Made by a program: the position numbers and the translations under genes. Below, in pieces: positions 28,463 through 38,567 of a DNA stretch of 46,290 nucleotides; position 1 is the first letter of the stretch; every line of letters starts with the position of its first letter. Source of the DNA: Candidatus Zambryskibacteria bacterium RIFCSPHIGHO2_02_FULL_43_14 (GTDB lineage Bacteria > Patescibacteriota > Minisyncoccia > Phycocordibacterales > Zambryskibacteraceae); the NCBI GenBank assembly GCA_001825315.1, contig MHVR01000015.1, positions 1-46,290 on the forward strand. The letters run 5' to 3'. Under the pieces are notes generated by a model. It saw only the letters and a list, made by a program, of their open reading frames with translations. It did no database searches and was not told the origin of the DNA.

Positions 28463-29001
28463 TGCCAGTTTAAAATATTTTCTCTAACTTTGAATTGTCT
28501 GTTAACTACCCCTTTTGACCAGTTGACTGTGACCAAAATTGAGACTTCTTTCGCATTTATCGACGTTAACATAACCTCCCTCATAAAAATTGTATCCGTC
28601 CAACTAGAATCGGAATTATAACCGAAAAAACCTGACGGACTTTGTCGAAGCACTGGACAACTTCCTGAAGTGTCACCGCATCTGACAAGAAAGGGTTGGC
28701 CAAGGGGTATGGGATCAACGCGACAGATTTTGCCGAATTCACATGGATCGCCTGAATTGGCAATGCCAGTAAGCCAATTTTGACCCTTAAGACTATTTTC
28801 ATCGCGAATATTTCTTATCTGCTCAAATCCCTCTTGAGCAAGAAAAAAAGCAATCGTTTGGTCTTTCGAAAAGATGTAGGATGAGATACCAATCTGTATT
28901 GCACTTGTCGCCCCCGTAACCGCAAGTACCAAAATGACGATAGCCACGAGACTTTCTACGATGGTAAACCCTTTGTCTTTTGTATGGTTGGCAGTATGCA
29001 T
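28459..29001 (-). CDS. PilV-like minor pilin
   Basis: KGFTIVESLVAI; AFFLAQEGFEQIRNIRD; start refined to ATG 29001. Confidence 0.82.
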   Translation of the reverse strand: MHTANHTKDKGFTIVESLVAIVILVLAVTGATSAIQIGISSYIFSKDQTIAFFLAQEGFEQIRNIRDENSLKGQNWLTGIANSGDPCEFGKICRVDPIPLGQPFLVRCGDTSGSCPVLRQSPSGFFGYNSDSSWTDTIFMREVMLTSINAKEVSILVTVNWSKGVVNRQFKVRENILNWQ

Positions 29002-29008
29002 GACCGTG

Positions 29009-29536
29009 CTAAATATCAAGGACACGTTGAGAAACAAGGGTCTCTAGAGTGAAATCTGTCCGACCTTTACCCATCCCGGAGTGACTCTTGATTTTTATAA
29101 TCACCTTGGGCTGGAGCGTGTCACTATTAGCAGCACCAAGGGTATAGAAAGCAAGGTCATCGATGGTAATCTCCGGTGCGGTCACTGCGATAGATACACC
29201 GCTACCGCCCACTTCTTTTTCAATAGTTGTTCCGTTTAGACGGTAGGTGATCCGAGTACCATCACTGGAGAGAAAACTTAAAAGAGTATCTCCGCTTGGA
29301 CAATTTTGTGGTATAGCCCAATCACCGGAAGAGCCGCAGTGATAATTCTTACCAAACCGCACCTCTTTCGATATACTCTCGACAGCGAGATTGAGATTAT
29401 TGAGAACTGTTTTTAAAGATCTTGATTTGCGGTTAGCATCGACTACCCCAAGAATCGAGCTCATAGAGATAGTCATCACAATTATAAAAATAGATACAGC
29501 AACCATTAATTCAATTAATGTAAATCCATTTTTCAT
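29009..29536 (-). CDS. PilW/GspJ-like minor pilin
   Basis: NGFTLIELMVAVSIF N-methylation motif; ETLVSQR tail. Confidence 0.85.
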   Translation of the reverse strand: MKNGFTLIELMVAVSIFIIVMTISMSSILGVVDANRKSRSLKTVLNNLNLAVESISKEVRFGKNYHCGSSGDWAIPQNCPSGDTLLSFLSSDGTRITYRLNGTTIEKEVGGSGVSIAVTAPEITIDDLAFYTLGAANSDTLQPKVIIKIKSHSGMGKGRTDFTLETLVSQRVLDI

Positions 29537-30156
29537 TGTACTGATACTTGACCCGTTTTATATACCGTGACAGATCTGGTTGCCCCATGAGAACTTACCA
29601 GTTTAATCTTAATTCCTTTATCGTTCGATGCGCTAATTTCATTCCCACCGGAGTTAAAAACTTTGATTTGAGCTTCAATACTAGGACGAGCAAAACTAAT
29701 ATCTACTCTCTTGGCTACATTACACTGATCAGCACCATTATTTCTCACTATACATAAATCTTCTATAACATTACCACGAGTGATATCAATTCGACTTAAG
29801 CACTCCGAAGCACCGCCTGTAGAACAAGACCAGTCCCCATCATACTTCTTGTCTCCATCGCGATCTGCAAAATAGAGATAAGCGGAATTAGATCCTTCAT
29901 TGGAGCCAGAAAGAATGCTGAAAGAAAGGCCATAAGAAGCATTAAAATTATCGGTGGAGAATTCCTTCACTGCTATACCATACACTTGGGTTTGAGAAAT
30001 TGTTGAGCTAATTTCATCAGCGAGATTAGTAAGCGCAGTACTATCAGTATAAGTTGACTGATTAAAAACTATTATCGTCAAGATAACAGACATTATGGCA
30101 ATAGTGACCAATAGTTCGACTAAAGTAAACCCGCTATTTTTAGAACAACGCGACAT
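29533..30156 (-). CDS. FimT/GspH-like minor pilin
   Basis: SGFTLVELLVTIAI; VTVYKTGQV tail. Confidence 0.85.
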   Translation of the reverse strand: MSRCSKNSGFTLVELLVTIAIMSVILTIIVFNQSTYTDSTALTNLADEISSTISQTQVYGIAVKEFSTDNFNASYGLSFSILSGSNEGSNSAYLYFADRDGDKKYDGDWSCSTGGASECLSRIDITRGNVIEDLCIVRNNGADQCNVAKRVDISFARPSIEAQIKVFNSGGNEISASNDKGIKIKLVSSHGATRSVTVYKTGQVSVQ

Positions 30157-30892
30157 GAAATATGTTGAGATGAAACATTAGAGACATCCAAGCGCCGACC
30201 ACAATAAAGGGGGCGAATGGAATCTCGCTCTTCATTGTAAGCCTTTTAGTATTTTTTAGAAAGTCTATCTTGTTTAAAAAAAGATACGCTAGAGAACCAA
30301 GCGCCCCGATCCAAAAAGCGAGAACGATGGCAGAGAAACCTTGTGATGCTCCAAGAAGAAGGCCGACCGAGAGTCCGAGTTTGGCATCGCCAAAACCCAT
30401 AGCTCTGCCACGACTTAGAAACCAGATTGAAGCGAAGAAGGCGAATAAAATCGGTCCCGAGAACCAATCGAGAAGAGTGTAATGAATAAAGAATAAAGGG
30501 ATGGTTAAGCTTAAGAGGATGGCAGAATAAACTAAAGGATTCGGAATAATTTTGTGCCTTAGGTCATAAATAGTGATAACAATATAAACGCAGAAAACAG
30601 GTATAAAAATGTAGGGAACAGTGGCAAATATCAATCCGGTCCAGAGTTCTACTATGGGATACTGCCATGAAATCTTCCCGCCGCAACTCAAGCATCGCCC
30701 ACGGAGAATAAGGAAACTAAATATAGGAATGAGCTCATACCATTCGAGAACCTTTCTGCAAGAAGGGCAAGACGACCTACCACCAAGAGTTGATAAAACC
30801 CCGCCGTGACGAAGTAAGTCCCAGCGCAATCCGACAACATTAAGAAAACTGCCAACTATGGCACCCAAGACGAAAAGAAAAACATTAATCAT
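30140..30892 (-). CDS. pilD: Prepilin peptidase (A24)
   Basis: GSFLNVV, RSSCPSC, RGRCLSC, MGFGDAKL, IPFAPF. Confidence 0.95.
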   Translation of the reverse strand: MINVFLFVLGAIVGSFLNVVGLRWDLLRHGGVLSTLGGRSSCPSCRKVLEWYELIPIFSFLILRGRCLSCGGKISWQYPIVELWTGLIFATVPYIFIPVFCVYIVITIYDLRHKIIPNPLVYSAILLSLTIPLFFIHYTLLDWFSGPILFAFFASIWFLSRGRAMGFGDAKLGLSVGLLLGASQGFSAIVLAFWIGALGSLAYLFLNKIDFLKNTKRLTMKSEIPFAPFIVVGAWMSLMFHLNIFHVALF

Positions 30893-30918
30893 CTTTAGAT
30901 TATAACAACTCTATCTAT

Positions 30919-31374
30919 CTAACACGCCGTACCATTGATAGCTGTATCTCGAGCTTTGGAATTACCTAGACTATCTACACACCATGAGTTCGTTCCGCCA
31001 GCTCCGGGTAAGAGAGCCGATATTGCATAGGCGCTAGCAGTAGAATAACAAGTAAGAGTGGCGCCGGTCGGATAGTTGGCTTGTGTGGCGTATGTGGCCA
31101 TACTCGAAGTAATATCGGTAAACATAGAATTAGGCGTATTGCAAGGACCGAAAATGTTGCCGGCGGAACCATTATAGCTACTGTTGTTATTAGAAAAGTA
31201 GAGCTCTGCAGTAGAACGCGCCCTGGAAAGTTGAGCTTTAACCTTCGTATCATTACCTCTGCCACGCGCATTGGTCACATAATCAATAACTATAGAAAAA
31301 ATTATACCAATAATAGTAATGGAAACCAGAAGTTCTATCAATGTAAAACCTTTTTTTCTCTCTTCTATTTCCAT
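30919..31374 (-). CDS. Type IV pilin
   Basis: KGFTLIELLV; WCVDSLG; start ATG 31374 (TAATG overlap). Confidence 0.88.
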   Translation of the reverse strand: MEIEERKKGFTLIELLVSITIIGIIFSIVIDYVTNARGRGNDTKVKAQLSRARSTAELYFSNNNSSYNGSAGNIFGPCNTPNSMFTDITSSMATYATQANYPTGATLTCYSTASAYAISALLPGAGGTNSWCVDSLGNSKARDTAINGTAC

Positions 31375-31820
31375 TATGGACAAGAAACTTCTCCGTCTAA
31401 GAGATTGACCAGAATTTGTCTGGAAGCCCCAGTACTATCTACACACCAAGCGGCCGTAGTAGTTGACAAAAGCAACGCTGAAACTGCATAAGCAGAAGTA
31501 TCTGTATGACACGAGAGTGTAGCGCCAGCTGGATAATTAGTCTGCGTAGTGTACTGGAGCATCCCAGAATCAACATCCTCAAAGAAATCTGGAGTAATAT
31601 CAGAGCATGAATCAGAAACTACGGTACCGTAATGACTGTTCGTATCGTAATAGACCTCCGCGGCGGCTCGAAGACCCGCCAGTTGCGCCTTAACCTTGGC
31701 ATCATTACCCTTACCTCGGGCAGTATTGAGAGACGCCAGCACTACGGATGAGAGGATACCAATGATGGCGATGACCACCAGAAGTTCGATCAGGGTGAAA
31801 CCTTTTGTCCCTTCAATCAT
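31374..31820 (-). CDS. Type IV pilin
   Basis: KGFTLIELLVVIAIIGILSSVVLASL; WCVDSTG. Confidence 0.9.
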   Translation of the reverse strand: MIEGTKGFTLIELLVVIAIIGILSSVVLASLNTARGKGNDAKVKAQLAGLRAAAEVYYDTNSHYGTVVSDSCSDITPDFFEDVDSGMLQYTTQTNYPAGATLSCHTDTSAYAVSALLLSTTTAAWCVDSTGASRQILVNLLDGEVSCP

Positions 31821-31857
31821 GTTAGAATTGTATTTTTATTATGGTCAGACACTACCT

Positions 31858-32304
31858 TTAGCAAGCGAAGTCAGAGGCACCGACTGTGAGACCTACTGTA
31901 CCTTTGGATGTTCCAATACTGTCAATACACCAATATGTATTCGTTCCTTCTGCTACACTGAGTGGTACTGCTACACCATAAGCTGTACCGGAAGAAAAAC
32001 AAGAAACTGCTGGGCTGCCAGGATAGTTAGAGGATAAGAGATATGGCGCTACTGCTGGGTCAGCTGAAGCACAGAGGTTAGTATAGGTTTGTGCGGCATC
32101 GTAGAATATCTCCGCACCTGCTCTCAACCCAGAAAGTTGAGCTTTGATTTTGGCATTGTTACCCTTATTGCGAGCCGTATTCAACGACGCCAGCACTACC
32201 GATGAGAGAATACCGATGATAGCGATGACCACCAGAAGTTCGATGAGGGTAAAGCCAGCGACACTTTGTCCTTTTCTAATCATATTCTTAAGAATTTTAT
32301 TCAT
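31858..32304 (-). CDS. Type IV pilin (probable major pilin)
   Basis: GFTLIELLVVIAIIGILSSVVLASL; WCIDSIG; own TATAAT promoter and leader hairpin upstream; start refined to ATG 32304. Confidence 0.88.
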   Translation of the reverse strand: MNKILKNMIRKGQSVAGFTLIELLVVIAIIGILSSVVLASLNTARNKGNNAKIKAQLSGLRAGAEIFYDAAQTYTNLCASADPAVAPYLLSSNYPGSPAVSCFSSGTAYGVAVPLSVAEGTNTYWCIDSIGTSKGTVGLTVGASDFAC

Positions 32305-32347
32305 AAACTTGTAAATCACCTATTAAGTGAGTACTTAATATTATACT

Positions 32348-33556
32348 CTAAAGCCCGGCGGAATTGGCAATATCGTATATGGGGATAAGTACGGAGGCCA
32401 TAAGAACACCTACCCCGATGCCCAATAGAACAATCATTACTGGCTCGATTAGACCCACCAAAGTATCTACCGCATTAATCACTTCTCTCTGGTAAAAATG
32501 AGCCATGGTGCCCAAAATCGAGCCGAGTTCTCCTGTCTCTTCACCCACTCGTATCATTTGAACAAGGATGCTTGGAATTTCTTCATATTGAGAAAGAGAC
32601 TGGGAAAACGAGCTACCACTCTTCACAGCCAAGAGGGTCTCTTCAAGAATCTGCTTGTAAACTTCATTACCAACTACTGATGCGGTTACCTCAATGGCTT
32701 TAATCATAGAAATACCGGAGAGAATCATGGTATTCAGGTTGTCTGCAATAATAGAAAGATAGAGCTTTTTATAAAGATTACCTACATAAGGTACAGATAA
32801 TTTCAAACGGGCCAATGCTCTTCTTCCTTCAACTGTGCGTGTGTAATGCACGACGAAAAATCCTAAAATAATCAGAGCGACAGGCAAAACAATGCCATAA
32901 TTAATGATGAAATCACTGACAGCAAAGACAATTTGAGTATATAACGGTATTGTTTGGCCAGACTCGACGATGATAAGACTTATTTTCGGTATGATGACTG
33001 TGAACATCAACGCCATGACCGCAATGAAAACAGTGATAACGAAGGCAGGATAAATTAGGGCGTTTTTGGCCTTGGAAACCACCTCGTAGTTGCGGTCGAG
33101 ATAATCGGCCAAATAATCAAAAGTTTTGTTCAATTTACCTGTCTCCTCGCCGGACTTAACCATATTAACGTAGAACTCGGAGAAGATGCTTGGGTGTTTG
33201 GCAAGAGCCTTGGAAATAGTGTTGCCCGCTTGAAGATCTTCCGCAACCTGAACTAAACTTTTCTTGAGAGTTTGATTCTCCACTTCACCCGAGAGAAGAG
33301 TAAATATTTTGAGGGCAGAAACTTGCGCCTCAAAGAGTGTGGCCATCTGTCGCGAAAGCATGACAATATCCTTATGCGAAACACCGGAGGTAAATTGGAT
33401 CTTGGATAACCACGACTCTTTGTCTGCCGGTTCTATTTCAGCAACAATCAGTCCTCGCTTCTGCAAAGAACCTACGGCCACATCTAAGGAAATGGCTTCG
33501 ATTGAACCGGCAACTTGTTTCCCTGAATTTTCAAGAGCTTGATAATTAAAAAGCAT
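32348..33556 (-). CDS. pilC: Type IV pilus platform protein (GspF family)
   Basis: YVNMVKSGEETGKL, ALIYP, MIRVGEETGEL, LIEP. Confidence 0.95.
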   Translation of the reverse strand: MLFNYQALENSGKQVAGSIEAISLDVAVGSLQKRGLIVAEIEPADKESWLSKIQFTSGVSHKDIVMLSRQMATLFEAQVSALKIFTLLSGEVENQTLKKSLVQVAEDLQAGNTISKALAKHPSIFSEFYVNMVKSGEETGKLNKTFDYLADYLDRNYEVVSKAKNALIYPAFVITVFIAVMALMFTVIIPKISLIIVESGQTIPLYTQIVFAVSDFIINYGIVLPVALIILGFFVVHYTRTVEGRRALARLKLSVPYVGNLYKKLYLSIIADNLNTMILSGISMIKAIEVTASVVGNEVYKQILEETLLAVKSGSSFSQSLSQYEEIPSILVQMIRVGEETGELGSILGTMAHFYQREVINAVDTLVGLIEPVMIVLLGIGVGVLMASVLIPIYDIANSAGL

Positions 33557-33599
33557 TAGTTTTAATTGAAAATTCTAAATTGAAAATTGAAAATTCTTT

Positions 33600-34697
33600 T
33601 CATATCATACGCTCAAGTGTCTTAGGACTAGAGGAAAATTGAAAAGCGTTCTCTACCGTCACTTCTCCCTTCCTTACCAAATCGGCCAAACACCGATCAA
33701 GACCAACCATTCCTTCTTCCGAGCTCGTTTCAATAACCGAACTAATCTCATGAGTACGCCTCTCGCGAATAAGATTCGCAGTAGCATTGTTGTTGATGAG
33801 AAGCTCATATGCTGGAATAAGCCCCCCGGAGATACGAGGCAAGAGACGCTGTGAGAATATGCCCAAGAGAGAACCTGCGAGCTGGACACGAATCTGGGTC
33901 TGTTGATCGGCTGGAAACGAATCAATAATACGATCAACTGTCTGACTAGCAGTATTAGTATGTAAGGTCGAGAGAACCAGATGGCCAGTCTCGGCGGCGG
34001 TAACCGCAGTTGAGATAGTTTCTGGGTCACGCATCTCACCTATCATTACAATGTCAGCATCCTGACGAAAAACGCCTCGAAGAGCAGTGTGGAAATCGGG
34101 GGTATCGGTCTTGACCTCACGCTGGTCAATAATAGCTTTCTTCGATTCAAAAATATATTCAATAGGATCTTCAATAGTGATAATATGTTCAAGCCGTTCA
34201 AGATTGATGGTCTCGATCATGGTAGCCAGAGTGGTTGATTTACCAACCCCTATTGGGCCAACAACCAAAAAGAAACCTTGCTGACGTTTGACGAAGGTAT
34301 TGAGAATAGACGGTAAATTGAGATCCTCAAAACTCTTCACTTCAGTCGGCACCAACCGCATAGCCACACTCACTCTGCCAAGTGTCAAGAAAGCGTTGCA
34401 ACGGAAACGTGGTCCGCTCGATTGACCATTCGGGCGAACGAGTTTATCTTTATGACTATAAGCGAAATTAGTTTCCTTGAAATTTTCAAACTCTTGCCTT
34501 TCTCCGGGAGAAAGAAAGGTCGACAGAAATCCGGACATATCTTCTTTCGAAAGTATGGGTATTTTTATCAATGGTATCAGGAAGCCGGAGACTCGAATAA
34601 TCGGTGACTTACCTTCAGAGAGATGCAGGTCGGAGCCGCCCTCTTTGACCACTATTTCAATGAGCTCATCTAAAAGTTTTTCTTGAGAGATAGACAT
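33600..34697 (-). CDS. pilT: Pilus retraction ATPase
   Basis: GPIGVGKSTT, TIEDPIE, GEMRD, AETGHLVLSTLHT, ANLIRE. Confidence 0.95.
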   Translation of the reverse strand: MSISQEKLLDELIEIVVKEGGSDLHLSEGKSPIIRVSGFLIPLIKIPILSKEDMSGFLSTFLSPGERQEFENFKETNFAYSHKDKLVRPNGQSSGPRFRCNAFLTLGRVSVAMRLVPTEVKSFEDLNLPSILNTFVKRQQGFFLVVGPIGVGKSTTLATMIETINLERLEHIITIEDPIEYIFESKKAIIDQREVKTDTPDFHTALRGVFRQDADIVMIGEMRDPETISTAVTAAETGHLVLSTLHTNTASQTVDRIIDSFPADQQTQIRVQLAGSLLGIFSQRLLPRISGGLIPAYELLINNNATANLIRERRTHEISSVIETSSEEGMVGLDRCLADLVRKGEVTVENAFQFSSSPKTLERMI

Positions 34698-34698
34698 G

Positions 34699-35088
34699 TT
34701 ATTTGGTTTTTAGATCGGCAATCTCCCTGACTCTCTCGACCACTTCCGTCGGAATGCTTGTAGCTTTTACTATATATCCTTTAATACCGAGTGACTTGGC
34801 CTTATCAATTTTTTCCCGATTGCTTTCATTGGTGAGCATGATGACAACCGAATCAGGAGAAAGCTTTTCCTTGCGAATTACTTCAAGAAGTTCCAGACCA
34901 TCCATCCCCGGCATTATGATATCTAGAATAAGGATGTCCGGCTTGGCGCCGCCGCGCAGTTTAGCAAGGGTATCCTCGGAACCGACAGCCACGTCCACGA
35001 CAGCGCCGTCGCGTTCAAATTTCTTTCGATACATGTCGAGAAGAAACTTGTCGTCATCCACTATAAGCACGGTGTATTTTTTACTCAT
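34699..35088 (-). CDS. Single-domain response regulator (receiver)
   Basis: VLIVDDD, LDIIMPGMDG, YIVK; start refined to ATG 35088, 6 nt after TATAAT. Confidence 0.9.
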   Translation of the reverse strand: MSKKYTVLIVDDDKFLLDMYRKKFERDGAVVDVAVGSEDTLAKLRGGAKPDILILDIIMPGMDGLELLEVIRKEKLSPDSVVIMLTNESNREKIDKAKSLGIKGYIVKATSIPTEVVERVREIADLKTK

Positions 35089-35095
35089 GGTTCTA

Positions 35096-36682
35096 TTATA
35101 GCGTATTAATTTCCTCAAAAGGAATAATTCTCTGAAAGGCCTTAAGAATGGCATCTTCTTTCATAGAAAGCATTCCTTTAGCGCGTGCCACTTTGTAAAG
35201 CTCTATCTCCGTCGGGTCCTTGAGGATAACCGCCTCAATTTCCTTGTCCATCTCGAGCACTTCCACCACTGCGACACGTCCAGAAGTGCCATTCAGACAT
35301 TCGGGCGTTTGCTCGATTTCATAAACCTCTTTACCAAAAGTAATTTGTTTTCTGAATACTGGAGGCAAATCTTCGAATTGCTTTTCGATCATCAAGTTGA
35401 TGGAATCTCCCACAATCATCGGTTTACCACCATTTAGACAGAGTTTACGCACCAATCTCTGGGCCATGGTGAGAACAAGCGTAGGAGCGATTAAAAAAGG
35501 ATCGACTCCCATGTCTATCAATCGCGGTATGGCGCCAATGGCATTGTTGGTGTGAAGAGTTGAGAAAACCAAGTGGCCAGTCAGAGCCGCTTGGATGGCA
35601 AGTTGAGCTGTCTCTTTGTCTCGAATCTCCCCCACCATAATGATATCCGGGTCTTGGCGCAAAGTAGTACGTAAACCTGTGGCAAAGGTGTAATCTATTT
35701 CGGGATGAATCTGAGATTGTGAGACACCATCTATGCTGTACTCGACCGGATCTTCAAGTGAGAGCACGTTGCTATGATCTTTGTCCACCTCGCCCAGCAT
35801 CGCATAGAGAGTAGTCGACTTGCCTGAACCAGTCGGACCAGTAATGAGAATCAAGCCGTACGGATATTTGAGTACTTTTCTTATTGTTTTCAGATTTGCT
35901 TCGGAAAAGCCCATGTCGTCAAGAGTTCTCAATCCTTGAGACTGGTCGAGAATACGCATTACGACTTTCTCTCCGTAATAAGTCGGGAAAGTTGAGACAC
36001 GAAAATCGATCTTTCTTTCTTCGATTTTGGCAGAGAAACGACCGTCTTGAGGTTTACGTTTTTCGTCTAGACGCATATTTGAGAGAATCTTGATGCGAGC
36101 CACCACCGCCGAGTGTACTTTTACAGGTAGAGTAAGAGAGGTATTGAGCTGACCATCGACACGAAAACGAACACGAACATTGTCGTGCGTTGGCTCTATG
36201 TGAATATCGGAAGCTTTTCCTTCAGTAGCATAACTTAAGATGGTAGCAACAATCTTGGTGACCGGGGCATCCTCCACTATCTTGGCTGCGGATGATTCTT
36301 TGACCTCTTCACTTTTAATTTCTTGGGTAATACTTGTCGAGAGTTCTGATTCAAGCTCGGTAAGTGCCTTAGTAACCTCTCCGGTAATCCCTTTGTATTT
36401 CTCAAGCATTGTCTCAAAATCATCCTCACTAATGAGAAACAATTTATAAGGCATGGCGATGCGTGATGAAATAAAATTAAGCGCATCACGAGCTTCTAAG
36501 TCATTCGGATTGGTGGCGCCCACTTCCAGCACCCCATCTTTTACCCCTATTGGCACTATCCGGTAATGTTCGGCTGACTCTTGCGGTATATACTCGAATA
36601 TTTTACCTGAGACTTCTACACCTTCGAGACTTCTTGTTGGAACGTCGGGAAGAGACCCGTTACTCTTGGCGGGGCTGGGCAT
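35096..36682 (-). CDS. pilB: Pilus assembly ATPase (GspE/PulE family)
   Basis: ASDIHIEP, PQDGRF, GPTGSGKSTTLY, LRQDPD, GHLVFSTLHTN. Confidence 0.95.
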   Translation of the reverse strand: MPSPAKSNGSLPDVPTRSLEGVEVSGKIFEYIPQESAEHYRIVPIGVKDGVLEVGATNPNDLEARDALNFISSRIAMPYKLFLISEDDFETMLEKYKGITGEVTKALTELESELSTSITQEIKSEEVKESSAAKIVEDAPVTKIVATILSYATEGKASDIHIEPTHDNVRVRFRVDGQLNTSLTLPVKVHSAVVARIKILSNMRLDEKRKPQDGRFSAKIEERKIDFRVSTFPTYYGEKVVMRILDQSQGLRTLDDMGFSEANLKTIRKVLKYPYGLILITGPTGSGKSTTLYAMLGEVDKDHSNVLSLEDPVEYSIDGVSQSQIHPEIDYTFATGLRTTLRQDPDIIMVGEIRDKETAQLAIQAALTGHLVFSTLHTNNAIGAIPRLIDMGVDPFLIAPTLVLTMAQRLVRKLCLNGGKPMIVGDSINLMIEKQFEDLPPVFRKQITFGKEVYEIEQTPECLNGTSGRVAVVEVLEMDKEIEAVILKDPTEIELYKVARAKGMLSMKEDAILKAFQRIIPFEEINTL

Positions 36683-36687
36683 CGTCT

Positions 36688-36981
36688 TTAATTTCTGCCT
36701 ATAATATCAAAAGGATTGGACCTACCAGTCGGTTGCGAAGGAACGCTGATACTGAAATCAGTTAGCAAGAGATATCCGGGAGAGGAAAAAAGCGTTTTAT
36801 CTAAGGTCACCGCTTGAAGTTCTTTCTGTGTCTTCACCAAATTATCTCCGATATTTGAGGCCGATAATTCACTTGGTACTGGATCTGTTTCTGATTTAAA
36901 GAAGAGATTGTACAAAAATATGACCAAGATGAAAATGGCAACCGTTGCTAATATTCCTTTATTTTTTGCAAGTGTTTTCAT
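36688..36981 (-). CDS. Small membrane protein of the pil cluster (PilP position)
   Basis: N-terminal TM; GRSNPF tail; located between pilO and pilB. Confidence 0.7.
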   Translation of the reverse strand: MKTLAKNKGILATVAIFILVIFLYNLFFKSETDPVPSELSASNIGDNLVKTQKELQAVTLDKTLFSSPGYLLLTDFSISVPSQPTGRSNPFDIIGRN

Positions 36982-37005
36982 GTCATTGATAGTAAGTTCA
37001 TTGAA

Positions 37006-37548
37006 TTATTTTAGCCAGTATGTTTCGGCTGATATCTGATAGTCATAAAGGCCTGACTCACTCGCTCTGAAGGATATGGACTTAACATTCATCATCCGCA
37101 AACTTATTTCTATGTCAGCAAGCAGGCGCATGAAATTTTCATAATCCGAAACAAAACTAAAGGAGATTGTGGCTTTTTCATAGACTTCACCCGACCCCTG
37201 CAAAATTACGTTATCCGCATCTTCATTTGTTCCGACGGTAACCTGGACACTTTTAATAGAGACGCCGTAACGTGCAGCCATACCATCAAGATCAAAAGCC
37301 AGTCGCACCGTATCGATATTGTCCGGCAACACTTTGCTTATACGGTCTATTTCTATTTTTGGGATAGTGCCATAATCCAAGAGTAGAGCCTCTCTTAGTT
37401 CAGCAATGGCAATAATGTTTTGCAAAACGTTCTGGTACTCACCCGTAAGAGTATACAATTTTTTAACATCTTGATATTGGGTATTAGTAAAGGTGTAGAA
37501 AAGCCCGACGGATAAGAGAAGTAAAACGATGGCAGTGTTGTTTCTCAT
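37006..37548 (-). CDS. pilO: PilO-like protein
   Basis: N-terminal anchor; VLPDNID; YENFMRLLADIEISLRMMNV. Confidence 0.8.
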   Translation of the reverse strand: MRNNTAIVLLLLSVGLFYTFTNTQYQDVKKLYTLTGEYQNVLQNIIAIAELREALLLDYGTIPKIEIDRISKVLPDNIDTVRLAFDLDGMAARYGVSIKSVQVTVGTNEDADNVILQGSGEVYEKATISFSFVSDYENFMRLLADIEISLRMMNVKSISFRASESGLYDYQISAETYWLK

Positions 37549-37549
37549 T

Positions 37550-38206
37550 TTAGTTTATTGTTTGCGATGAGGTAGTCGAAGTCGGAGTGACAATTGGAAC
37601 ATCGCTACGTTTAATCTCTTTACTGTATGATAATAAACTCGGGTCTATTCTTGTTTTGAAAGAAAAATCAACATCCCCTCTTTCGTTAAGGTTAAGATCG
37701 GAGAAAATGGGATCTTTAAAATACTCACTCTTACTAAAAATGTCTGCTTGAAGAGCAAGCGCCGCATATCCTCGAGCCTCGCCTCTCATCGAAAGCTCAA
37801 TACCTTGCTCGGTCGTTGAATAACGAAAATCGTTGAAACGCACTGCCTTTGGGGTGGAAATTTCCAAAAATTCAAACAAATGAGAGAGAACATGATGTTT
37901 TGCAATCAGTTCTCGCGTTGAGATAATACGATTGTCAAAACGGATTAATTCACGGACAATCTCTGGTTCTGGCACGATAGTTGTCAGAGCTTTTTCTAAG
38001 TCAGCGCCCATGGTCTCGATTCGGTACTTGAGATAAAACTTATACCCGACCATTCCTATAGCCAAGAGAATTGAGATGATAAAAATAATGAGAGCTAGGA
38101 AAGAGAGGAGCCCCCTATCTTCGACTCTTCGTCCAACCACAGCACCAGTAGCAGTGAAGGCGGTAGGATTTTTGGGAATAAAAGATGATTGAAATTTAGG
38201 ATCCAT
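37550..38206 (-). CDS. pilN: PilN-like protein
   Basis: MDPKFQSSFIPK start (ATG 38206); TM helix; LSMRGEA; FKDPIFS. Confidence 0.75.
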   Translation of the reverse strand: MDPKFQSSFIPKNPTAFTATGAVVGRRVEDRGLLSFLALIIFIISILLAIGMVGYKFYLKYRIETMGADLEKALTTIVPEPEIVRELIRFDNRIISTRELIAKHHVLSHLFEFLEISTPKAVRFNDFRYSTTEQGIELSMRGEARGYAALALQADIFSKSEYFKDPIFSDLNLNERGDVDFSFKTRIDPSLLSYSKEIKRSDVPIVTPTSTTSSQTIN

Positions 38207-38281
38207 CCTTACAATTGTATAACGAAAAGTGCTCGCATGCCATATGTGGACAATACGAGCACTTGAGAAAGACATATTGCG

Positions 38282-38515
38282 TCATGATGCCGTCTCCAAC
38301 TGCTTTTTCTGTTCTAAGAGATTCTCAGCTCTCTTGATCCGGTAATCGAGAGCCGATACGAGAGATGGGTTACACTTCGAAGAAGCCTTGAGCCCCTCAA
38401 GAAAATGGTAACCGGTGTCGATGAGTTTCTCAAACTCGGCGATTGGAGCAGAAAGATTGAGCTTGAGTAGGGCTTCAGCACACTCCGCAAGCTCCATTTT
38501 GGGACTGATCTTCAT
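38282..38515 (-). CDS. Small hypothetical protein inserted between pilM and pilN
   Basis: 77-aa helical ORF with a purine-rich upstream region. Confidence 0.55.
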   Translation of the reverse strand: MKISPKMELAECAEALLKLNLSAPIAEFEKLIDTGYHFLEGLKASSKCNPSLVSALDYRIKRAENLLEQKKQLETAS

Positions 38516-38567
38516 GCCGCACCTACTTCCTTTTCCTTAATGGAATTCTAATTCCATTGTAGCACTT

